Virus record (IMG/VR): IMGVR_UViG_3300033148_006239
Span: 32,001-96,000 of that record
Length of the DNA: 64,000 nt
Strand: one strand, 5' to 3'
From: a virus
Shown: in pieces, positions 18,180 through 27,500 of the stretch
Layout: each line of letters opens with the position of its first letter
Numbering within the stretch: the first letter of the stretch is position 1
Position numbers and translations under genes: made by a program
Notes under the pieces: model-generated
Seen by the model: only the letters and a program-made list of their open reading frames with translations
Databases searched by the model: none
What the model was told of the DNA's origin: nothing

Positions 18180-19556
18180 TTATAAATCATCTAAACTTTC
18201 TATCTGAACTATTTCATCGTTAATTAACATAATATCAAATTGTGGCCTAAGTAAAATTGGTTTAAATCTTTCTCCATCTCTTGTTTTAATCAATTGTAAT
18301 TGCATTGTTCCTTCTAGTTTATTATCTTTTGTTTGTTTTAGTCCATAAACAATAGAAGAATTTTCAACTGTCCCTCTTGAATATTTTATATGTTGTGTAT
18401 CTAAAAACTCAACCTTTTTTGATTCATCGGTCAATTGACAAGGCGTTATTACAGGTATACCTTTCCCATTTAAATTACCAGATAACTTTCTTAATCCCCA
18501 TGATATATCAGCTTGAGCCAATGCATCTCTTGACGATGCTTTATTATCGTCACCTGCATACATTAAATTTAAATAGTCAACAATTATTTCGTCTGCTTCT
18601 TCGTTATATTCATCTTGTATTTCATAAATTAAATTTTCAATATTATCTACGGTACAATCATTTGTTAAATGAACAATTTCTAACCAATTCTTTTGAGTCT
18701 CTTTTAATAATTTAATTGACTTTTTCCATTTATCAAAATCATTTTGTATAAAATCCCCTAGTCTAAACTTTGTATATTGTATACCTGTTAATCTTGATTC
18801 AATTCTAAATTGAACTTGATGTTTTCTCATTTCTAATGAAAATAGAATTACATTTTTACCAGCAAGATAAGCATTTGCTGCTAAATTTTCAACAAAAATA
18901 CTTTTTCCTATATTTGTCTCACCTCCAATTAAAATTAATTCATCTGCCATAAATCCACCTGTAATATTGTCCAATTTAGTAATTCCAGATGGTATTCCAA
19001 TACAACCTTCACCGGATTCATATTTTTCTTTTCTTTCTTTTACAACTGCAACTCTTTCTTTATAGTCTTTTAAAAACTCACCCCTTGAATTGTCTCTAGA
19101 TTCTGATATATCAATTCTTGATGCTTCACTTAATATTTTTTTTGCATTATCATTATCAAAAGATCCATCTTCGTCTACTGAATTTATTACTAATTTAACT
19201 TTATTAAAAATTTCTCTTGATTCACATAATTTTTTAAGAACATTAAGTAATTCATTTATTGAATTATCATCATGTTTTTCTAAATCTACATTATAAACTT
19301 TTTCAACAAACTTAGAATAATTTTTAAATTTATTTCCTACTTTATTCTTAACTAAAATAGTAAATGATTCTTTATCATAATGAATATTTTTCTTTTGTAC
19401 TAAAGAGAGAAATGATCTAAAAGGTGATATTGTAAAATAATTCTTCTTTAAATGTTTCTTGAAAATATTATTTTTTCTCAAAACATAAGCGATTATTATT
19501 TTTTCAGCAGATATATTTCTAAAATGTGATTCTTCGGCTTTTTCTTCTATATTCAT
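18180..19556 (-). CDS. dnaB: Replicative DnaB-like helicase
   Basis: GIPSGITKLD...GETNIGKS, FSLEM, IVDYLNLM, KTRDG. Confidence 0.95.
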   Translation of the reverse strand: MNIEEKAEESHFRNISAEKIIIAYVLRKNNIFKKHLKKNYFTISPFRSFLSLVQKKNIHYDKESFTILVKNKVGNKFKNYSKFVEKVYNVDLEKHDDNSINELLNVLKKLCESREIFNKVKLVINSVDEDGSFDNDNAKKILSEASRIDISESRDNSRGEFLKDYKERVAVVKERKEKYESGEGCIGIPSGITKLDNITGGFMADELILIGGETNIGKSIFVENLAANAYLAGKNVILFSLEMRKHQVQFRIESRLTGIQYTKFRLGDFIQNDFDKWKKSIKLLKETQKNWLEIVHLTNDCTVDNIENLIYEIQDEYNEEADEIIVDYLNLMYAGDDNKASSRDALAQADISWGLRKLSGNLNGKGIPVITPCQLTDESKKVEFLDTQHIKYSRGTVENSSIVYGLKQTKDNKLEGTMQLQLIKTRDGERFKPILLRPQFDIMLINDEIVQIESLDDL

Positions 19557-19786
19557 TAAAAATTTCTTTCATAATATTTTTTAGATTCTTCATCGCCAGG
19601 ATAAAATTTTTCTTTAAAATATGAATCACTACAAAATTCTATAAAACCATCACTATGGATAACAATCCAATCACCTAGTTCTTTAATTGAATATGTACCA
19701 TCTTGCATAGTGCAAATAGTTGTAGGTTGTTTTATTATTTTAAAAGCATCGTAAATTTTTACATCTCTTTTTTTAAATTTAGCCAT
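19556..19786 (-). CDS. Conserved small phage protein (GDWIV...F...Y family)
   Basis: ELGDWIVIHSDGFIEFCSDSYFKEKFY pattern; AAGGAG RBS. Confidence 0.6.
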   Translation of the reverse strand: MAKFKKRDVKIYDAFKIIKQPTTICTMQDGTYSIKELGDWIVIHSDGFIEFCSDSYFKEKFYPGDEESKKYYERNF

Positions 19787-19806
19787 TGATTTCTCCTTAT
19801 AACAAA

Positions 19807-20016
19807 CTATATACTTTGATAATCAGATTTTTGTATAGTTTTTATAGAAATTTCATAATTAATATTTAATACTACACCACAATGTATACAACAACAATCA
19901 AACCAACCATAAGGATTTTTTGTTTTATATTCACGAAAAATTATATCATAGTCAAAAATTTCATCTGCTTCTTTTAAATCAAATTCTTTATTGCATTCAA
20001 AACATTTAATTTTCAT
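19807..20016 (-). CDS. Small Zn-ribbon protein
   Basis: CFEC...CIHC. Confidence 0.65.
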   Translation of the reverse strand: MKIKCFECNKEFDLKEADEIFDYDIIFREYKTKNPYGWFDCCCIHCGVVLNINYEISIKTIQKSDYQSI

Positions 20017-20027
20017 TATTTTATCCT

Positions 20028-20801
20028 TTACTCATATAATGTTTGATAATATTTATGATATATTGAAGCATATTTTATTATATGATTACTTTTCATATAA
20101 TCATCTATTTGAACTTCTTCATTCTTATGAGATAATGATTCATCACCATGATCAATCTCTTTCAAATTTCTATTCATAATAGATACAATTGAAAAATCAC
20201 CAAATATATCTTCACCTGTTTGCATATCACTATTAGAACATACAAATATAGGACAATTATTCATAAATTTATTTCTTAAAAATGTTTCAACTTCTCTTAA
20301 AACAAAATCACTACCTTTTTTAATATAAACTTTATCAAATTCATCTACTAATAATACGTCTGCATTTTTTATCATATATAAATACATAGCAGTACTATCA
20401 TCTGGTTCATTAGACATTTCATTGTATAATGCATTTACATAATTACTCAATAAAAAATAAACTACCTTTTTACCTCTCGTCATAAATCTTTTGCCTATTT
20501 CACACAATGTAGTTGTTTTACCTACCGAATAATCACCATAAATAAAAAATCCTCTGCCATTTATGTAATTCTCTTCAAAATTACTAAAATATTTCTTTAT
20601 TTCATCTTTTAAAACTAAATCATAATTTACATGCCAAAATTCTTTAGGTATCTTACTTTTATATAATTCTTTTAACCATCTAAACGCCTGCATACAATCA
20701 CAATCATCTTTCTTATAAAATCCTAATCCTTTACATTGTTTATGATTATCTACTATTTTTGTCTTTAAAAACTTTAAATAATCAAGATCTTTTTTTGTCA
20801 T
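20028..20801 (-). CDS. DnaC/IstB-like helicase loader ATPase
   Basis: N-terminal Zn motif, GDYSVGKT Walker A, LLVDEFDK Walker B, CSN sensor. Confidence 0.88.
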   Translation of the reverse strand: MTKKDLDYLKFLKTKIVDNHKQCKGLGFYKKDDCDCMQAFRWLKELYKSKIPKEFWHVNYDLVLKDEIKKYFSNFEENYINGRGFFIYGDYSVGKTTTLCEIGKRFMTRGKKVVYFLLSNYVNALYNEMSNEPDDSTAMYLYMIKNADVLLVDEFDKVYIKKGSDFVLREVETFLRNKFMNNCPIFVCSNSDMQTGEDIFGDFSIVSIMNRNLKEIDHGDESLSHKNEEVQIDDYMKSNHIIKYASIYHKYYQTLYE

Positions 20802-20991
20802 CTAATTTTGCCTTCATATTATCTATAATTTCTTTATCAAACATTGCAGCACAATTGACACATACATAACAGTTAAATATATTTTCTACTATTTCTTTGT
20901 GATACATATAAGGTCTTGTTATTGGTTTCTCTGTCAATTCCTTATATCCACAAATAGGACAAGGATAATTAAATTCATTTTCTTTTGTCAT
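20782..20991 (-). CDS. Small Zn-ribbon protein
   Basis: CPICG...CVNC. Confidence 0.65.
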   Translation of the reverse strand: MTKENEFNYPCPICGYKELTEKPITRPYMYHKEIVENIFNCYVCVNCAAMFDKEIIDNMKAKLDDKKRS

Positions 20992-21201
20992 TTAAAACTC
21001 ATTATCTACTATTTTCTGAATTTCATTATTAATACGATCCCACCATTCATCAAATGTTTCGTTTAGTTTATAACTTAAAAAATCAAATGAATCTTGAACT
21101 ATATCTTGTTCATTAAAAAACCAATTTATAAGCTGTTTATCTACCATTTTAGCTCTTTGATATCTAACTCTTCTTTCACTTGAGCTTTCTTCTGAAATCA
21201 T
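20992..21201 (-). CDS. Hypothetical protein
   Basis: ORF abutting its neighbours. Confidence 0.6.
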   Translation of the reverse strand: MISEESSSERRVRYQRAKMVDKQLINWFFNEQDIVQDSFDFLSYKLNETFDEWWDRINNEIQKIVDNEF

Positions 21202-21222
21202 TCGTCTAAACCTTGTTTTGCA

Positions 21223-21321
21223 TCAAATCAAAATTACTGTCGTATAAAATACTGACCAAATAATAATTAACAATATTATAAGTATTTTAACACATTTATT
21301 TTTAATTCCATTACCATTCAT
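21223..21321 (-). CDS. Small single-TM peptide (32 aa), not in track
   Basis: Manual translation MNGNGIKNKCVKILIILLIIIWSVFYTTVILI; ATG directly follows the upstream stop. Confidence 0.45.
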   Translation of the reverse strand: MNGNGIKNKCVKILIILLIIIWSVFYTTVILI

Positions 21322-21654
21322 TTACTTCTCCAATATATCTATTGCATAATCTAAATATTCTACAATAGATTTATCAACATTGATATCAATATCATATTTG
21401 AATGATTTCATGTGGCTTATACTAAGATGAAATTCTTTCAATTCATTTATTTTATAGATTAATTTTAATTTCTCTATATTAGAAATATTATCTACATTTA
21501 GTTTCTTAATCTCAAAAGTCCGTGCATGATTTTTAAAAATCTTTAAAGAGATTGCATCTGTATCTAAAGAAAGTTTAAGAATCTGCCAACTATTCTTTGT
21601 AATTCTTTTTGATTTGATACAATCTATTGTTTTAAGATAAAAATTTAGATTCAT
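21322..21654 (-). CDS. Hypothetical protein, first gene of replication arm
   Basis: Downstream of the promoter-motif-containing gap. Confidence 0.6.
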   Translation of the reverse strand: MNLNFYLKTIDCIKSKRITKNSWQILKLSLDTDAISLKIFKNHARTFEIKKLNVDNISNIEKLKLIYKINELKEFHLSISHMKSFKYDIDINVDKSIVEYLDYAIDILEK

Positions 21655-21749
21655 TTTATACCTTAGTTTCTCAATTTCTTTTCATTTAAAGACGTAGTGA
21701 AACGTAATATTATATATTGATAAGATTTTTTCTTGGACGGCTATTGAAT

Positions 21750-21776
21750 ATAACATCAAAGTTGACTTTTTAACAT
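21750..21776 (-). promoter_or_regulatory. Candidate phage-sigma promoter ATGTTAAA-N13-TGTTAT (copy 3)
   Basis: Exact motif in the gap between the lysis and replication genes. Confidence 0.65.
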
Positions 21777-21783
21777 GCGTGTT

Positions 21784-22314
21784 TTAAAAAAGTGATAAAT
21801 TTACTTTAATACCAAAAGAATATATTACAGAATTAAATAACGCATATCCTAAATTTCCAAAGACACCAACTTTTAACCTTTTATATTGTATAGGCATCCA
21901 GCTCAATCCTGCTGATCCAAAGTAATATTGATTGAACCCTATATGTGTAAATATATCAAAGTTCAAAAGTGGATTCTTCTTGCGACTTAAAACTTCAATT
22001 AAAACAATCATTGTTTCTATTTCATTAACTAAGTCATCTATTGTATTAACTTTTTCTTCTAGCAATAAGATACTTTTACTGAATTCTGTAGCCATTAATT
22101 CATGTTTACTATTAAGTAATTCAAAATCATTTAATAAAATAGAATATGTACCATTTAAATTATCATATTTCTGTGCTAAATCAATGTATTCATTATATAA
22201 CAGTGTATAACATTGTTTTAATTCTTCGTGATTTTCTAAATCAACTTCAGGGTACAGAAGGTCTGAAATCATTAATAACACTATTGATATAATCAATATT
22301 ATTACTTGTTTCAT
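21784..22314 (-). CDS. Spanin-like envelope protein with C-terminal beta-strand anchor
   Basis: N-terminal hydrophobic helix, coiled coil, four amphipathic strands ending in Phe. Overlaps the upstream TM/coiled-coil gene in the lysis cluster. Confidence 0.55.
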   Translation of the reverse strand: MKQVIILIISIVLLMISDLLYPEVDLENHEELKQCYTLLYNEYIDLAQKYDNLNGTYSILLNDFELLNSKHELMATEFSKSILLLEEKVNTIDDLVNEIETMIVLIEVLSRKKNPLLNFDIFTHIGFNQYYFGSAGLSWMPIQYKRLKVGVFGNLGYALFNSVIYSFGIKVNLSLF

Positions 22315-22633
22315 GTAAAATTTCCTTATAATTTTTAATCTTTTCTAAATTTTCATAAGCGAATTGCAATTCGTTATTAATATACTTAACTGTATTTGCT
22401 ATATATTCGATATCACATTTTTGTTTTTCTAAAATATTATTAATTTTTATATCAAGTCTATTTAGATTCGCATTGACATAATCATCGTTAGTAATATTTT
22501 TATCATCATATAAAGTAAAATTTCCTCTTATAAGCCATCCAATAAATAATAATACGATAATTCCTATTATAACTAATACAATTTTGAAATATTTTTTATT
22601 TGTTTTAAAATATGTTTCATCTAAATTGATCAT
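22247..22633 (-). CDS. i-spanin-like protein (N-terminal TM + coiled coil)
   Basis: TM helix IVLVIIGIIVLLFIGWLI; position in the lysis cluster. Confidence 0.55.
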   Translation of the reverse strand: MINLDETYFKTNKKYFKIVLVIIGIIVLLFIGWLIRGNFTLYDDKNITNDDYVNANLNRLDIKINNILEKQKCDIEYIANTVKYINNELQFAYENLEKIKNYKEILHETSNNIDYINSVINDFRPSVP

Positions 22634-23100
22634 TAACGTTCCTTTCTAATATCTTCTATTAAAAGCTCTATTAATTTATCAATTTTATCATCTTTATTAT
22701 TTGTTTCTGGCGTATAAAAGATAGTAAAAAATGATATTATAAATGCAATTAAAACGCCACCAATGACAGAAGCCCAAATTCCCATTCTCCATTTTTGTTT
22801 TTTTTCTATATCTGTATCTTTTTGTTCTATTATTTTAACTCTATTTACTAAATCGTTTGTTTTACTTGTGAGTTCTTTATAGCCTTCACATGTTTCATAA
22901 GGTTGCTGAAACGCACCCGCTGTTAATTCATCTTTTAAGCTTTGTATTAATTTTCTTATTTCTTGAAATTCACTTGTTGCACTTTCTTTATTCTGAAGAA
23001 GAAAGTTTACATTTTCTTCTAATGCTGTTAATTTTTTATCTAAATCATTGATCTTACTAAAAATCTTGCCAATTGTATGGGTTGTTTCAGCATCTGTCAT
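22633..23100 (-). CDS. Coiled-coil membrane protein (holin/antiholin-like)
   Basis: Coiled coil then a single C-proximal TM; lysis cluster. Confidence 0.5.
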   Translation of the reverse strand: MTDAETTHTIGKIFSKINDLDKKLTALEENVNFLLQNKESATSEFQEIRKLIQSLKDELTAGAFQQPYETCEGYKELTSKTNDLVNRVKIIEQKDTDIEKKQKWRMGIWASVIGGVLIAFIISFFTIFYTPETNNKDDKIDKLIELLIEDIRKER

Positions 23101-23507
23101 TATTTTTTCCCTATGAACTTTTGTAAGAGATCAGTAATCGCTTTAGTATCTATTTTTTCTGTACTTTTTAATGCTTTAAGTAAGCCAGTAAGACCTACAA
23201 ATGTACTTAGTGTCATCCACCACCATTGATATTTATCAATAAATATTCCAAGAGTCTCTATAGCTTTTTTAAAATGTTCAGCACCAGTAATTAAATACAA
23301 TATCATGCTTATTAAAAACACTATAAAAATTAACAAAAACGTTATAATAGAAGTGAATTTACCAACCTTTTTAATTCTCATTGTTAAAATTTCAGAATCT
23401 TTTTTTAATTTATCTAAATCTGTTTCATCTATATCAATATCAACTTTTTTTATTTCTTTGTCTTTATCGTCTTTAAATGTTATATTCATTTTAGCAAATT
23501 TTTCCAT
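23100..23507 (-). CDS. Holin candidate (2 TM)
   Basis: Two TM helices; directly downstream of the endolysin. Confidence 0.55.
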   Translation of the reverse strand: MEKFAKMNITFKDDKDKEIKKVDIDIDETDLDKLKKDSEILTMRIKKVGKFTSIITFLLIFIVFLISMILYLITGAEHFKKAIETLGIFIDKYQWWWMTLSTFVGLTGLLKALKSTEKIDTKAITDLLQKFIGKK

Positions 23508-24271
23508 GTGTTTTTACCTACAATACCATCAGAAGTTAAATCATTGTTCTCCTGAAATTTTTTGACAGCCTTTGAAGTGTTTTTACCAAAAACCCCATCA
23601 AAATCTAAACCTAATAGCATTTGAATATCCTTGACATTATTCTGGATCGTACCAAACCTTAATGTTGGGTTAAAATTACATTGATCATCTAAAAAATTTA
23701 AATAATCTTTGCCATGCCATACTGTAAATGGAAATTCATCTTCATAACTCATATCGGCATAATTCATTAAAGATTTCCAATAATTACCATTCCAGCCACC
23801 AAAGGGTCCTAAACATCCTGCACTATTTTTACCAATATTTTCTCCTATACCCATTGCATGGCAATTGACACCTGTATTTCTAGCATATTCAAAAATATCA
23901 CCATCATCTATTATATAGTTTCGATTATAGTCTCTAACGATCCATATTTTTTCATCTTTTGCACGTAGTGCTTTGTATTTTCTATGATGTAACCCTTTAA
24001 CAAATTTATGTTGTCCAAATGCTACATGTGCTGTACCTTTTGAATTTAATGGATTTTCTGAATAATATAATCCGGGATCAACTGTTCCGGGCATTATTTC
24101 TATTATATCGTCTTTTAAACATATAATTAAATCATTATATTTATCAATTTCATCATTATTAACAATAATTCTATCTCTATTACATGTAACACCTTTTAGA
24201 CATAAAATATTTAATTGATTTCTTTCGATATATTCAAAAGACAATGCTTTAATAAATTCTGCAAAAAACAT
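23486..24271 (-). CDS. Endolysin with His...SAGC catalytic domain and C-terminal peptidoglycan-binding domain
   Basis: DGVFGKNTSKAVKKFQ...DGIVGKNTW (PG_binding_1); GVNCHAMG...SAGC. Confidence 0.85.
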   Translation of the reverse strand: MFFAEFIKALSFEYIERNQLNILCLKGVTCNRDRIIVNNDEIDKYNDLIICLKDDIIEIMPGTVDPGLYYSENPLNSKGTAHVAFGQHKFVKGLHHRKYKALRAKDEKIWIVRDYNRNYIIDDGDIFEYARNTGVNCHAMGIGENIGKNSAGCLGPFGGWNGNYWKSLMNYADMSYEDEFPFTVWHGKDYLNFLDDQCNFNPTLRFGTIQNNVKDIQMLLGLDFDGVFGKNTSKAVKKFQENNDLTSDGIVGKNTWKNLLK

Positions 24272-24285
24272 TATTAGCTCCTAAA

Positions 24286-24525
24286 TTAAGCAGATTCTAA
24301 TTCTGTAATATAAGTACTAAGTTCAGTATTTGTTCGATATGCTCCCATTTTTTCCCATGCAACATCGGCAACACCCTGAACTGTAGCCAGCGCTGTTGCT
24401 TCATCAATTGCATCAACCATAATTGAAGCTACCATAGTCATACGTTTTTCTTCGATAATATCTACCATCCATTTATCGGTATATATATCGGTTCTTAATT
24501 GGTATAGTTTTAATGTGAAAGTCAT
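24286..24525 (-). CDS. Small protein after tail fibre (possible fibre chaperone)
   Basis: Coupled to the tail fibre stop. Confidence 0.5.
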   Translation of the reverse strand: MTFTLKLYQLRTDIYTDKWMVDIIEEKRMTMVASIMVDAIDEATALATVQGVADVAWEKMGAYRTNTELSTYITELESA

Positions 24526-27500
24526 TAATAATGGATCTCCTTTATAGTAAAGTTATAATTTGTCGTAGTTAATGGATTTAAATTGTTAAAAAATATACTA
24601 TAAAATTCTGTAAAAGAAGTATAATCTAACGGTGGATAATCTACTTTAACCCCTTCTAGTGATCCATTATCAACAACTTCAATAGCTGAAGATTTCCATT
24701 CTGCAGAACCCGTAGAATCCGCCTGAATGGGATAAACCCAATAAATTTCAGAACTACTATCACCCCTCATTTGTTTATGAAGAGAAACTATACCATTATT
24801 ATTGTTTATAGTATACCAAACACTACTTTGAGCATTAAATAATGTTTTCTTTGCAAAAAATCCTGAATATATAGGAAATAATAATTCATGTCTATTAACA
24901 GCAAAAGTAGTTCTTATAAAATTCCACTGTCCATGATTAAAAATAAAATTATTATCTTTAGATAAATCTGTAGTATAACCAGATCCAATTATTTTATTAC
25001 TTCCTGCAGAATTAATAAATGAAAACGGAAAACCAAAAAGAAAAACATAATTATCTGTAATATTTGTTTTACCTAAATCAGTATAAGTTCCAGGGATAAC
25101 TCCTCCAGGACGATGTGCTAGCAATATTTTACCTGTAGTATTAGTAAAATTTGTTCCTCCAAATGTGTTTCCTGATCCTGCTTCTGATAAAATATCTACA
25201 GTTATTGTTTGATCTGAAGAATGTGTCCCTCCAGAAATTGCTGTAATTTGTACAGTGTGCCAAATATTATTTTGATCGAAGGAAGACTCCGATTCAGCAT
25301 TTTCTTGTATAATAGCTATATCTCCAATTTTCCATTGATATTTATTACTTCTTGCATGTGAGTTTAAAGTTATTGTTTCACTAGTATCTCCACCTTGACC
25401 TGTTCCCGTTAAAGCTACAATAGATTCGGGACCACGATATACTCCCATACCTTTAAATTCATTTGTTGAAGAATCAAATAATGCGTAAACGGCCATATTA
25501 ATTTCAGATTGTGTATATCCAGTAATTGGCATATTATCTAATATTCCACCCGTATCAGTTAATAAATCAATAGTTGTTGTTTCAAAATCAAATGTCCATT
25601 TTGCTATATTAGTTATAAATACTAATTCTTTTTGTGTATTAAAAACAAAACCACTTGATCCATTACCAAAATGATTTTTTAATAAATAAAACTTTGATTC
25701 ATCTGCAAGATCATAATATCCACCTCCATGTACAACATTTTCTAACATACCATGAAATGGAAGATTTGTATTTGATATTTTACCATTTGCATCTAATTGT
25801 GGAATCCCGTTAGGTTGATTTATATCAGTTATTTTAGCCGGAGTAACTACGTTATCTTTAATATGTCTTGTTTCAACTTGATCACTTGCTAATTCTGATA
25901 ATCCTTCAAACCAATGAATATTTTTGGCAATCTTCATACTAGAAACGCCAACAACTAAACCATCATTTAAATTATCTTTTCTATATAAAATAATAGGTCT
26001 ATTATATGCAGTAGTAATCGCCGTTAATGTTGAATTTGTAGCTGTTATTATTCTAATATTTAATCCTGTAGTTACATATTCACTTACATCAATATCTGCA
26101 TAAAAGCAATCATTATTTTCTAATGTTACAGAATCACCATCTTTACTTACAAAATGTATTCTTATGAATCTTTCTGGATTATTTTTAATATGTATTGTAA
26201 TATATCCACCAACACCTTGTTGAAGATCAGTGTTGTTTATTGGACCTGCTTGATCATCTATTAAAAATAATCTTGTTTGTTTTATATTAAAAGGAAACGT
26301 TAAAGATTTTTCAAAACCAATAAATTGATAATGCTCAGTTGCACCAGATTTCCAAAAACTATTTGAAAATATCTCATAATTACCCGATGTTGTAATTAAT
26401 GTATCTGGGCCAGATACAGCACCTGTTGATATTTCTCTATAATGTAAATTACCTGTAGATTGATCATCAAAAACAATTGAAATATTATCAATTGTATCAT
26501 TCCAAACACCACCTAAGGTACCTAATACATTACTACCAGCATCAAACGACACTAACACTATCGCAGCGGCACTATTATCGGATATAACTCTTAATACATC
26601 GACTTGATTTGTTGACGTATTAAACCCTGTAATAAGACAATAATCAGTTCCTGTATTATTATTACAAAATACCAAATTAGCCATAACAAAATTTGATGTT
26701 GATAATGTCCGTTCTGTTCCTAATGCTAAAGCATCGTCAATTGTATTTGTTAAAAATGTAGTACTTGCATCACTATATGCTCCAAATAAAAACAATGACC
26801 CATTATAATCTATACTTACACCATCATCTGGAACAACTGATGTAGATATCGTAGTCAATGTTCCTAATGTATCTGTTGTATTAACAATGGCTCTAAAAGC
26901 GAGTGAAGAGCTTTGTGCCCATATAATACCAATTTTATCATTAGCAGTATCATAAGCTATATCATAGGCTTTTTTATATCCAGAATAATGAGGATTATCA
27001 TTTAGTGTCGCAATAACATCTTGAACTGGATATGTTCCAAATGCATTAATATTATCAATTGAATTAGTCAATGTCAGTGTTAAAACTCCACCTGAATCAT
27101 CTAAAGATAATTTTCTTGATCTTATTTCAATTTCTGCAGTTGATGACGTTTGATGCAAATAAAAAACTATATAATCTGTTCCAACAATAATTGTTTTAGG
27201 ACTATGAACAATGCCCTCGTCGACTATAAGTTCGTTACTATACGTATCTGTTGTTTTTTTATAGATTCTACAAATTATTTTATGATAATCAGGATCTATT
27301 TCACTTTGAATTGCGTAAAAATGATATGTACCATCTGTGTTAATTGATGAATCTATCGGATTTAATATTTCTTTATTTGCACTATATAATTTATCATTAT
27401 CTTTGTCAAAATATAAAGAAATATTTTCAGATCCAAAACTATAATATCTACCATATAATTCACTTAAATTTGTATCAAAAGCTTCTACAGTTTCTAATCT

